NCBI GenBank assembly: GCA_963675745.2
Contig: CAXXWX010000026.1
Location: 811,655-875,654, forward strand
Direction of reading: 5' to 3'
DNA length: 64,000 nucleotides
DNA from: Phycisphaerae bacterium
GTDB taxonomy: Bacteria; Planctomycetota; Phycisphaerae; UBA1845; Fen-1342
Below are positions 41,163-51,773 of this stretch, piece after piece. A model generated the notes under the pieces. That model did no database searches and was not told the origin of the DNA. It saw only the letters and a list, made by a program, of their open reading frames with translations. Positions within the stretch are counted from its first letter, which is position 1; every line of letters begins with the position of its first letter. A program made the translations under genes and the position numbers.

Positions 41163-41191
41163 CAAAGACCCATCCAAGGGATGGGTCTTTG
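41163..41191. terminator. 13-bp hairpin between gap and pgk (terminator or REP-like)
   Basis: CAAAGACCCATCC-AAG-GGATGGGTCTTTG. Confidence 0.55.
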
Positions 41192-41224
41192 CGCAACGCC
41201 GGTATTTTATGCGAGTCTCTCGGA

Positions 41225-43465
<2,241 letters not shown>

Positions 43466-43466
<1 letters not shown>

Positions 43467-44260
43467 TGCTTGCGCTGGCGTGTATCGCGGTCGTGCCGAT
43501 CATAATGTGGCTCAGCCAGAGCGTGCTGGTGCGGCGCGCCGGGTTACCGCTGCGCTGGCGCATCAGCGCGGCGGATCTTCCGCGCAACTTGAAGCGGATT
43601 AACCGGGTGATGACCAACGTGGCGTTCGCCGTCGCCCTGATCGGGTTTCCGTTTCTGCGCGGCCAATCGCCGTTGGGCTACTACGTGGGTTTTTTCCCGC
43701 TGGGCGCTGAGGTCGCGCGGCTGCCGTATGGGGCCGCGGCGGCGATTCTATACCTGGCTCTGCTGTATCTCGCGTGGCTGCTATCGGGGAATGTGCGCTT
43801 CGAGCTGCGACATGCGCCGACGCGCCTGATCAAGCGCCTCGCGGGCGTACCACTGACCGCCATCCTGGCGGCCCTGGTTGAGGAACTGCTGTTCCGCGCG
43901 ATACTCCTGGCCGATCTGATGCGATCATTCGACACGACCACGGCCGTCGTCCTTGGCGTACTGGTTTTCGCCGGCGCTCATTATGTGCGAAGCGTGAAGC
44001 GCTATTGGACGTTTCCGGGACACTTGGCGCTGGGGGTGCTGTTCTGCGTTGCGTTTGTGGTCACAGGAGATTTGTGGCTTTCGACCGGGCTGCACGCCGG
44101 CGGGATCATCGTGTTGATGGGTACGCGGCCGTTCATCCGTTACACGGGCCCCGGCTGGATCGTCGGGGCCAGCATTTTCCCCTACGCCGGCGTGGTCGGT
44201 GTCGCCGCGCTGGGCTTGCTGACACTGAACATATGGCTGAGCTATGGTGGCACAGGATGA
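43466..44260 (+). CDS. CPBP (Abi/CAAX type II) intramembrane metalloprotease
   Basis: LVEELLFR, FAGAH, TGDLW...GLHAG; multi-TM; TGATG coupling with the acyltransferase. Confidence 0.85.
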
Positions 44261-44688
44261 GCATTGACGGGCAGATATCACAGACGGTAGTCGTCTGTGA
44301 GAAGGATGGTGATTGCGCGGACCTGGTTCGGCGATATCTCGAAGAGCGGCATTTCGGGGAAGTCCGCTGGTATGCGCCGCGTGATCTGAATGATGTGGAC
44401 CGGCAGGTCTGCGCCGGTGCTGCGCAGCGTGTGGTCTTCGGGCAGCCGAGTGACTTCCTGGAAGGCGTCTGGAATGGTGTCCTCGACTTTGACTGCTGGC
44501 AGGCCGCCGGTGCGGATATCCTGTTCGCCGACGAGACAACGCGCGACGACGCTGCGTGGCTGACCGCCATCGCCGGCAGTTGGAAGCGATATCGTCAGCG
44601 GACGAGGAATGCGCGCATGATTGCCGGGCTGGTGCTTAGCGTGGTCGCGGTGGCGGCGGCATTCGTGGTGATCCTGGCCGCCGGGTGA
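44257..44688 (+). CDS. Hypothetical protein with a C-terminal TM anchor
   Basis: ATGA overlap with the CPBP gene; ends in RQRTRNAR plus a hydrophobic helix. Confidence 0.65.
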   Translation: MSIDGQISQTVVVCEKDGDCADLVRRYLEERHFGEVRWYAPRDLNDVDRQVCAGAAQRVVFGQPSDFLEGVWNGVLDFDCWQAAGADILFADETTRDDAAWLTAIAGSWKRYRQRTRNARMIAGLVLSVVAVAAAFVVILAAG

Positions 44689-44701
44689 TTGCGAGCCGCA
44701 G

Positions 44702-45481
44702 TCAATCACCACGCCGACAGACCATGATCAAGTCGGCGCTCTCCTCACGAACGTACGGCTCGTCGTTGTACCCGCCATAGAACCGTGTGTCACCGCCGCC
44801 GCCCTGCTGGACGGCGCGCCGGAGCTCATCAGCCTCGATACCGCGGACCACGGCGGTGCTGGTGAGCTCTTGCGGCGGGTCGCTCGACAAATCTACCTCG
44901 ACGAATTCGACGTACCCCACGCCGCCGGCGCGGTGGATTCCCTTGAGCAGCAGCGTGTCACGTCCACGCATCGTTTGGCGCAGGCACTTCTGCCAGATGG
45001 TCGGCCCCTCCTCCAGCCGCCAGAGATTGAGCACCTGGACCATGCAGAGGCCACCCGGACGCACCGCGGCGAGCATTTGAGCGATTACCGTGGCGACCTG
45101 GATCTGATCCGCACAGATGGCCAGTGAATTGCCGACGCAGACCACGTTGTCGAAGGTGCCGGCGTGCTCGGGCGGTTGATCAAACGAGCGTACCACCCAG
45201 CGCAGGCGTTCGTTCTCGCCGTGCCGGGCGCGGCTGGTCTCGATCATCTCCGCACTGAGGTCCGCGCCGGTAACATCCAGCCCCCAGGAGTGAAAGAGTG
45301 CCGCATGGTGTCCGGTGCCGCACGCGACATCCAGCACCCGGTCGCCGCTGCTCGATCGAAACAGCCGCTTGTAGAACGGCGTTTCGTGGGCCAGTCTTCG
45401 TGGCCAATTGACCATGGCGTCGTAGCGCTCGACGGCGCTTTCGAAAATGCTGCCCTCGGGCGCGGCTGACATTGTCATCAC
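44702..45481 (-). CDS. Class I SAM-dependent methyltransferase
   Basis: RVLDVACGTGHH, GADLSAEMI, FDNVVCVGNSL, VRPGG. Confidence 0.9.
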   Translation of the reverse strand: MMTMSAAPEGSIFESAVERYDAMVNWPRRLAHETPFYKRLFRSSSGDRVLDVACGTGHHAALFHSWGLDVTGADLSAEMIETSRARHGENERLRWVVRSFDQPPEHAGTFDNVVCVGNSLAICADQIQVATVIAQMLAAVRPGGLCMVQVLNLWRLEEGPTIWQKCLRQTMRGRDTLLLKGIHRAGGVGYVEFVEVDLSSDPPQELTSTAVVRGIEADELRRAVQQGGGGDTRFYGGYNDEPYVREESADLIMVCRRGD

Positions 45482-46668
45482 CTTTCGATGGTGCCGTGCA
45501 TTGCCTTCCGCGCCGCCACGACGTGTTCGTAAAACGCCGCCAACTCGCGCGCGTGCCTTGCCATCGAGGCCTGCTGGCGGAACTCACCGGCCACGGCCTG
45601 GCAGGCGTGCTTCAGCTCGGGTGATAGGCAGTGCTTGATCGCATTGGCCAGCGCCGTGGCGTCCGCCGGTGAATCCAGCACAACGCCGTGCTTGTCCGGC
45701 TGCATCATTTCGGCGGCACCGTTGAAGCAGGTGGTCACCACCGGCAGTCCATAGGAGAGGGCCTCCAGCACAACGCGGCTGCACGGGTCGTACCAGGTGG
45801 GGTGTGCCAGCACATCCGCCGCCGCGTACCAGTCGGACAGGTCGGCCGTCGCCCCCAGCCAGCGCACCCGGTCGGCGAGGCGCAAGCGTCGTGCCAGTCG
45901 CTCGTACGCGGGGCGCTTGCCGTCGCCAGCGATGATGAGCACCACACCCGGCGCATCCAGCCGAGCAAACGCGATCAGCAGCTCGCGCAGCCCCTTCAGC
46001 TTGTAGTTGTGCCCGACGAACAGGACCAGCGGGGTTGCATCTGGAATCCGCTCCCGCGCGCGCAACTCCGCGCCGGCGCGTGATGTGACGGCGGTGTCCA
46101 CATCGACACCGTTGAATACGACGCGCACCAGGTCGGCCGGGTAGTCGAATCCATCCACGACCTGCCGGCGCACATAGTCCGAAACCGCCGCCACATGCGG
46201 CCGGCGACGGCCTCGGAGCAGCTCGCGTTCGAGCAGTACCAGGAAACGCTGGCGCCAGCTCAACCGTCGATCGACCCACTTCATCATGCGCGCGACGATC
46301 GAGCGTTCGAGTGCCACATTGCGCGCGATCGTCTCAGCGTAGGTTCCTCCGCGCGGCTGATACACGTTGGCCGACATGCACGGCATGACCGCGTGGACTA
46401 TGTCGTAGCCCTCTTCGCGACAGTGCCGATCGGCGCCGCGCACAAAGCCGATCACCCGTGCGATTCGCGAACCGCTGGTCACGCGGATGCGCTCGAAGGC
46501 CACACCCGGTACGGCGGCGTCGCTGTCGGTCGCATCATCCGCAGCGCGGCACACCACGGTCACGTCCAGGCCGAGAGCGGCGAGGTTCCGCGCCATCTCC
46601 ACGGTCGATGTCTCAGCGCCGCCGCGCTGCACATCAACGGTCTCTTGAACAATGGCGATTCTCATCAT
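45478..46668 (-). CDS. Glycosyltransferase family 4 (WaaG-like)
   Basis: RGGAE, VFNGVD, FVGHNYKLKG, PTWYDPCSRVVLEALSYGLPVVTT. Confidence 0.9.
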   Translation of the reverse strand: MMRIAIVQETVDVQRGGAETSTVEMARNLAALGLDVTVVCRAADDATDSDAAVPGVAFERIRVTSGSRIARVIGFVRGADRHCREEGYDIVHAVMPCMSANVYQPRGGTYAETIARNVALERSIVARMMKWVDRRLSWRQRFLVLLERELLRGRRRPHVAAVSDYVRRQVVDGFDYPADLVRVVFNGVDVDTAVTSRAGAELRARERIPDATPLVLFVGHNYKLKGLRELLIAFARLDAPGVVLIIAGDGKRPAYERLARRLRLADRVRWLGATADLSDWYAAADVLAHPTWYDPCSRVVLEALSYGLPVVTTCFNGAAEMMQPDKHGVVLDSPADATALANAIKHCLSPELKHACQAVAGEFRQQASMARHARELAAFYEHVVAARKAMHGTIER

Positions 46669-47507
46669 GCCCGGCCCTTGCGAATCTCACGTCGTAAGAT
46701 CGCGTCGCTGCGGCGCGCGACGCGCACGGCAAACCAGCGCACGCGCGGCGCGCCGCGCGGCAGGCTGAGATAGGCCTCTAGCAGGCGCAGTCGATCGGCC
46801 CGTGATGCACCAACCCGGCGCGCCGAGTAATCGAGCTGCGACAGGTCCTTGAGGACCCAACGCATCCGCCGCAGGTGCGGGCGGTGCGTGCGCGCGAGAT
46901 CGATCAGCGCGAATGATGGCGGGCGGCGCCCGTCGGGATCGAGGTCTACGAAGATGTGGCAGAGATACAGATCGCGGTGGCAGTAGCTGGTCTGGTGGAA
47001 CGCCGACACAAAACGTCCCAGGCGTCTGATCATGTCGAGACGAGCCAGGCCGCGCGTTATCGGTGCGCCGCGCTGCTCGCACTCACGCCACACGCGGTCA
47101 AACGCGTTTCCAGGAACGCGCCGCAGCAGGACAGCGCTGCGACGTTCGAAAGGGCCGACCATGCTCTCGACGACACCGACCGGCTCGGGCACGGGCAGAT
47201 AGGCCTCGGACAGCCGCACCGATTGCCGGTATTCCCACCAAGCCCGACTGTGCCACGGGAATTGGCGCAGAAGGCGGTCGAGCTGCTCGCGTAGGGGCGT
47301 ACGGCCATAGCGTTTGACGTACACGACGGCCGCGCCATCGTCGGTGGGCAACTCCCAGCGCCAGCGCTGCCGACCACCCAGGCCGGGCTTGGTCAGCGCG
47401 GTCCACGATCCGGCGAGTTCGTCCGGATCAAAACCCCTGTTCAGGAAGCGACGCAAGTGACTTGCGCCCGCGGCGCCGAGCAATCGTTGCCAGGCAGAGG
47501 CGATCAT
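46665..47507 (-). CDS. LPS core heptose kinase (WaaP/Kdo kinase family)
   Basis: VYVKRY, AWWEY, YCHRDLYLCHIF, LIDLAR, KDLSQL. Confidence 0.82.
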   Translation of the reverse strand: MIASAWQRLLGAAGASHLRRFLNRGFDPDELAGSWTALTKPGLGGRQRWRWELPTDDGAAVVYVKRYGRTPLREQLDRLLRQFPWHSRAWWEYRQSVRLSEAYLPVPEPVGVVESMVGPFERRSAVLLRRVPGNAFDRVWRECEQRGAPITRGLARLDMIRRLGRFVSAFHQTSYCHRDLYLCHIFVDLDPDGRRPPSFALIDLARTHRPHLRRMRWVLKDLSQLDYSARRVGASRADRLRLLEAYLSLPRGAPRVRWFAVRVARRSDAILRREIRKGRA

Positions 47508-47517
47508 CTCTCTCACG

Positions 47518-48441
47518 TTAGCCGGCACCCTCGGTTGTAGCCGATCCGATCGCGGCGCTCTCCTCGGCGGCGAGCGATTTGCTCCAGGCCACAAACCGGC
47601 TGTTCATGCGAATCCGCTGTTGCTCGTGGTGGCACCACTGCCGGGCCATGCGGGATAGCTCTCCGATCTGCTCCTTTGCGTCGGCGGTCAGGTGCTTGAT
47701 ACCGAAGTAATGGCGCATGAAGCGCAGGCGTTCGGTCCGCGTGGTGAACGGAATCGCGGACGTGGCCATCTTGGCCAGCTCCCACAGCCACCAGCGGCCG
47801 CCGCGGCCGAGCCGCTCTATCCTCTTGGGCGGCTCCGAGTCCAAAAGGAAGAACTCGGGCTCGGCGGTGGGCCCCCAACGGACGAGCACGTTGCGCCAGA
47901 ACAAGCGCCCGTGGGCGAACCCGGTACGATGCAGGCGGGCGATCATCTCGGCCAGGCGCTCGATCATGAGCATACGCTGCCGATGGGCTAGCTGGGTCTC
48001 TCCGGATTGGACGGCCTGGGCGAACGTGGTCAAGTTCGGCGCGCCGGGCACGTCCTCGGTGATGAGGAAGCAGGCGGCAATGAGATATCCGCAGCGCCGC
48101 CAGCCATATGCCACCGGCCGCACCGCCGGCACGCCGAGCTCGCGCATGGCGTGCAGCGCGCGGGCTTCGGCCTTTGCGCGGTGGGTGCCAAAGAAAGTCC
48201 CGCGAAAGAATCCGCGAAAACGCCGGGCCCAGGTCGGATAGAAATAGCGTTTGACATAGAAGCCGATGCCGCCGTTTGGGGCGGGAATGTAGGTCGAGTC
48301 GGTGGTGCGACTCCAGGCGACGATTTTGCCGTCGGTGCGAGTGAGAATGTCCTCCACGCGGTCCAGGCCCGCGGCCTTCAGCGCCGCGCGACACGCCGGC
48401 TCGGTCCGCATGTTGTCTGTGTGGAACATTCGGGCACTCAC
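47518..48441 (-). CDS. LPS kinase (WaaP/InaA) family protein, catalytic Asp apparently absent
   Basis: FYVKRY, AKAEARAL, FLITEDV, LHRTGFAHGRLFWRNVLV, FLLDSE. Confidence 0.78.
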   Translation of the reverse strand: MSARMFHTDNMRTEPACRAALKAAGLDRVEDILTRTDGKIVAWSRTTDSTYIPAPNGGIGFYVKRYFYPTWARRFRGFFRGTFFGTHRAKAEARALHAMRELGVPAVRPVAYGWRRCGYLIAACFLITEDVPGAPNLTTFAQAVQSGETQLAHRQRMLMIERLAEMIARLHRTGFAHGRLFWRNVLVRWGPTAEPEFFLLDSEPPKRIERLGRGGRWWLWELAKMATSAIPFTTRTERLRFMRHYFGIKHLTADAKEQIGELSRMARQWCHHEQQRIRMNSRFVAWSKSLAAEESAAIGSATTEGAG

Positions 48442-48483
48442 CTGCCTGAAGCGGCTGCTCGCGTCTGAACCGGGCGGCGTCCG

Positions 48484-49569
48484 CTACACGGCTGCGCCGC
48501 TGCTGCTGCGCTGCATTACCTGTGCCACGGCCGCCATGACCATATCCGCCGTGACCAGCCTCATGCACTCGAGGTCAAGCGGGCACTTCTTCAACTGGCA
48601 CGGACCACACTCTACCAGCGCCTGGAGCTTGATCTCCAGTGGATGATGCGAATCCGTCCATTCCTGGAACGTCGGGCCGAAGATGCACACCGTCGGCACA
48701 TCGAACGCCAGGCCGTAGTGACGCGGGCCGGTATCGTTGCACACCAGCGCGGCCGCATCGCGCACCAGCGGCTTGAGCGACCCGAGCGTCGTGCCCGGAT
48801 TGTAACAGACGGTGACTTCCGCGTCGGCCCTGTCGGCGATCGTGCGCATCAGGGCCGCTTCGTTCGTCGCACCGACAATAACCGGCTGGAGATCGAGTTC
48901 CCGCCGCAGCCGCATCGCAACTTCAGCAAAGCGCTCAGGCAACCAGCATTTGGCCGCCCCGAACGCCGCTCCGACGTTAATCACCGCGTAGCGCTTCGGC
49001 GTCAGCTTGTAGTGTTGCTGCAACGCGGCGCCGGCGGTTTCCTGTTGCTCGGTCACACCCAGGCGCAAGCGGAAATCCGTCACCTCGCAGCCGGCGCGCT
49101 CGGCGAGGGCGGCGTAATACGGCAGCATCGGCGCCGGGACGTATTCGCCGCGCAGCTTGAGCGGGCAGAGCCGGTCGGTCAGCATCCAGCTACGGCCGTC
49201 GCGGGCGTATCCTATCCGCCGCGGCACACCGCCGAGGTAGACCGCCAGTGCCGAGCGAAACGAGTTCGTCAGCAACAGCGCCAGGTCGAACCGCCGACGT
49301 CGAATCTCGCGTCCGAGGCCGACTAGGCGAACGTCGCGTCCGACGCCCTTCCCCTCGGGCCAATACAGCTCGGCGTCATGCCACGCACACCCGGCGACAA
49401 TCTCGCGGGCATACCTGCGGCAAAGAAACGTAATCTCAGCATCTTCGAACCGCGCACGCAAAGCCGCCAGAATCGGCGAAGCCATCACAACATCGCCAAC
49501 CCAGTTGGGAAGGGTAATGAGAACGCGACGGGGCGCTTGGATTACAGGGCCTTGGGCGGTTATTGGCAT
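48484..49569 (-). CDS. waaF: Lipopolysaccharide heptosyltransferase II (GT9)
   Basis: PNWVGDVVMASP, LLTNSFRSA, GAAFGAAKCWLPERF, NDTGPRH, FGPT, CGPCQLKKCP. Confidence 0.88.
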   Translation of the reverse strand: MPITAQGPVIQAPRRVLITLPNWVGDVVMASPILAALRARFEDAEITFLCRRYAREIVAGCAWHDAELYWPEGKGVGRDVRLVGLGREIRRRRFDLALLLTNSFRSALAVYLGGVPRRIGYARDGRSWMLTDRLCPLKLRGEYVPAPMLPYYAALAERAGCEVTDFRLRLGVTEQQETAGAALQQHYKLTPKRYAVINVGAAFGAAKCWLPERFAEVAMRLRRELDLQPVIVGATNEAALMRTIADRADAEVTVCYNPGTTLGSLKPLVRDAAALVCNDTGPRHYGLAFDVPTVCIFGPTFQEWTDSHHPLEIKLQALVECGPCQLKKCPLDLECMRLVTADMVMAAVAQVMQRSSSGAAV

Positions 49570-49700
49570 TGTCGCGGTAGTCTAACGCACGGGTGTGTTG
49601 GTGTAGAGGCGGTATTTCACGCGACGCGAATACGGCGGAAGCCATCTTTGGCGCGGCAGGGCGTTGCGTCGTTGTTGATTGGAGGCTTTACTTTGCATCC

Positions 49701-50621
49701 ATGGTGGGCAAGAGAGAACGAGCTTCTGGCGACAACCCCTCAATAATCGATCAGGCGAAGCGCCTCGCGTTGATCGCGATCTGCTCGGATGATCGGCTCC
49801 TCGATACACTTGTATTGAAGGGTGGCAACGCGCTCCAGCTTGCGTACGGACTCACCGCTCGCGCGTCGATTGACCTTGACTTCTCGATGGAAGGCGAGTT
49901 CGCCCCGGACTCGCTCGAGCCAACGCGCACACGGATCGCACATCGCCTCCGTCAATCATTTCGGAGCGCGGGACTCGACGTATTCGACATCGAATTCACT
50001 GAACGTCCGCCGGAAGTGTCGGAGGAGTTCGCGAGTTTCTGGGGTGGCTATCGCGTGGAGTTCAAGGTCTTGCCGGCCGCGCGTTTCCGCGAGCTTGCGG
50101 GGGATCTCAGTGAGGCGCGTCGGCAAGCTCTGCCGGTCGGGCCAAGGAATCGCTCGCGGTTTCGCATCGATATCAGCAAATTCGAGCGCTGCGTCGAAAA
50201 GAAGCGGATCGAGATCGACGGTTACACTGTCTTCGTCTACACACCGGCGATGATCATCGCGGAGAAGCTGCGTGCGATTTGTCAGCAGCGCCCGGATTAC
50301 ACAACACGGCTACAGAAGCATCGCAGCGAACGAGCACGTGACTTTTTCGATATTCACGAGACTCTGCAACACTGCCGGGCGGAACTCGATGCCCCAGCGT
50401 ACGCGCGTCTGATCCGCGAGGTCTTTGAAGCGAAACGTGTTCCATTGCGGTTGCTCGGGGAAATCTCTCAGGACCGCGAGCTGCATCGAACGGGCTGGCC
50501 GGCGGTGGTTGACACCACCGAACCAACCGTCAACCTCCGCTCGTTCGACTTCTATTTCGACTTTGTTCTCGACATGTGCAAACGACTACAGCCCTTGTGG
50601 AACGAATATCCTCCAGCTTGA
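49701..50621 (+). CDS. AbiEii/AbiGii-family nucleotidyltransferase toxin (type IV TA)
   Basis: LVLKGGNAL...RASIDLDFS, IIAEKLRAI, RARDFFDI. Confidence 0.88.
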   Translation: MVGKRERASGDNPSIIDQAKRLALIAICSDDRLLDTLVLKGGNALQLAYGLTARASIDLDFSMEGEFAPDSLEPTRTRIAHRLRQSFRSAGLDVFDIEFTERPPEVSEEFASFWGGYRVEFKVLPAARFRELAGDLSEARRQALPVGPRNRSRFRIDISKFERCVEKKRIEIDGYTVFVYTPAMIIAEKLRAICQQRPDYTTRLQKHRSERARDFFDIHETLQHCRAELDAPAYARLIREVFEAKRVPLRLLGEISQDRELHRTGWPAVVDTTEPTVNLRSFDFYFDFVLDMCKRLQPLWNEYPPA

Positions 50622-51476
50622 ATCATGGCGCGGGAGCTTGAGCTGGTAATCGAGATAGAAGTCGTGCGTGATTTCGAACTTGCTGCGAAACAGCTCGATC
50701 GCATGTGCGGCATAGGCGCCGGATCGCTCCAGGTAAAACCCAATTGCCTGATGGTACGGGTACACGTAGTCGAGCTGGCGCAGTAGGGCCGCGAGCCGAT
50801 TTGTCGACGCGCGGTCGGCCGCCGCGCGATACGCTTTGAGTACCTCCGCAACACCGCCGGCATAGAACGGCCGCACCGCGATGTCGATGAGCGTGCGCTC
50901 GATGTCGGTGACGCGCGCTTCGATTGTCGCGGGCGACTTTCCACGGCCGACGCGCCGGACTTCGACACCGAGATAGCCGGTGTTCTTGCCGTTTAAAAGG
51001 AACACGCGTTGCCCGTCAACAGTGGCGACGTTTGACGTAATCCTCGGACGACGTTTGAACGCCACGTCGATCTGATGCTGGGTGAGCGATGCGCCACTTA
51101 TGGGCTTGGCCGGTTGTTCGTGGTTTACGTAGATTGTCTTTGGGTCCTGCTCGGTGAGCTCGTGCATCGCCATTGCGCTGTAGTGCGAGAAGTGGCAATG
51201 CGGCTTCAACGTCAGCAGAACTTCGAGAAGATCGACCTCGCCCCACGTATAGCGAATCTCCTTGCGATGCGGGAATGGCAGGTCGACGCGCCTGAGCTTG
51301 GAGCTGCTGCGGAGGTAGCGGATGAACTCGTTGACCGTCGTTCTTTGCGCCAGCCGCCATTGGTCGCGATTTTGAGAAAGCAGTCCTTCAAGGTCGGAGT
51401 GACGTAACACAATCTGCCCCGCGGCCTCGATCTCGCGGATTATGTCTTTCCTGGCTATCTGAAGGCGTGTTGGCAT
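50586..51476 (-). CDS. AbiEi-like antitoxin / transcriptional regulator (type IV TA)
   Basis: HFSHYSAMAMHELTEQ.P..IYV and RVTDIERTLIDIAVRPFYAGGVAEV match the AbiEi C-terminal domain. Start 51476 or 51491. Confidence 0.8.
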   Translation of the reverse strand: MPTRLQIARKDIIREIEAAGQIVLRHSDLEGLLSQNRDQWRLAQRTTVNEFIRYLRSSSKLRRVDLPFPHRKEIRYTWGEVDLLEVLLTLKPHCHFSHYSAMAMHELTEQDPKTIYVNHEQPAKPISGASLTQHQIDVAFKRRPRITSNVATVDGQRVFLLNGKNTGYLGVEVRRVGRGKSPATIEARVTDIERTLIDIAVRPFYAGGVAEVLKAYRAAADRASTNRLAALLRQLDYVYPYHQAIGFYLERSGAYAAHAIELFRSKFEITHDFYLDYQLKLPRHDSSWRIFVPQGL

Positions 51477-51487
51477 CCAGCGATCTC

Positions 51488-51517
51488 GCATTAAAATGTA
51501 CAAGTACATTTTAATGC
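51488..51517. promoter_or_regulatory. Perfect palindrome IR1, putative antitoxin operator
   Basis: GCATTAAAATGTAC-AA-GTACATTTTAATGC; overlaps the -10 box and expected start site of the antitoxin promoter. Confidence 0.75.
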
Positions 51518-51536
51518 TATAGCTGGTGCACGTCAA
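51508..51536 (-). promoter_or_regulatory. sigma70 promoter of the antitoxin gene
   Basis: Minus strand TTGACG-N17-TAAAAT. Confidence 0.75.
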
Positions 51537-51600
51537 CCAAGCGCAAGCCGGTTATAAAGCTACAGATGCCACTTTCAGTGTAACACGTCGGGGCATCACC

Positions 51601-51630
51601 GTACTGTGTAGTATACATACTACACAGTAC
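51601..51630. repeat. Perfect palindrome IR2
   Basis: GTACTGTGTAGTAT-AC-ATACTACACAGTAC. Confidence 0.9.
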
Positions 51631-51718
51631 ATCGGTATATGCGCTTTAGATCTGGAGACCTATAACTTATGCCTATGGCCCGTATTCTGAGGGCGTTTGT
51701 GTCTGCCCGCGCTGCCGC

Positions 51719-51748
51719 GCAATGTGGCGTATAAATACGCCACATTGC
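51719..51748. repeat. Perfect palindrome IR3
   Basis: GCAATGTGGCGTAT-AA-ATACGCCACATTGC. Confidence 0.9.
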
Positions 51749-51773
51749 TCGGGTTAGCTCCTGGTACCAGCAA

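Noticed and set aside
49651..51720. Terminal inverted repeats bounding the TA cassette (GCGCGGCAGGGCG / CGCGCTGCCGCGC, 12 of 13 match)
   Set aside because: Short and nearly all GC in a GC-rich genome; no target-site duplication or transposase; chance cannot be excluded.
51488..51748. CRISPR array interpretation of the three palindromes
   Set aside because: The units differ in sequence, the spacers (83 and 88 bp) are too long, and no cas genes are present.
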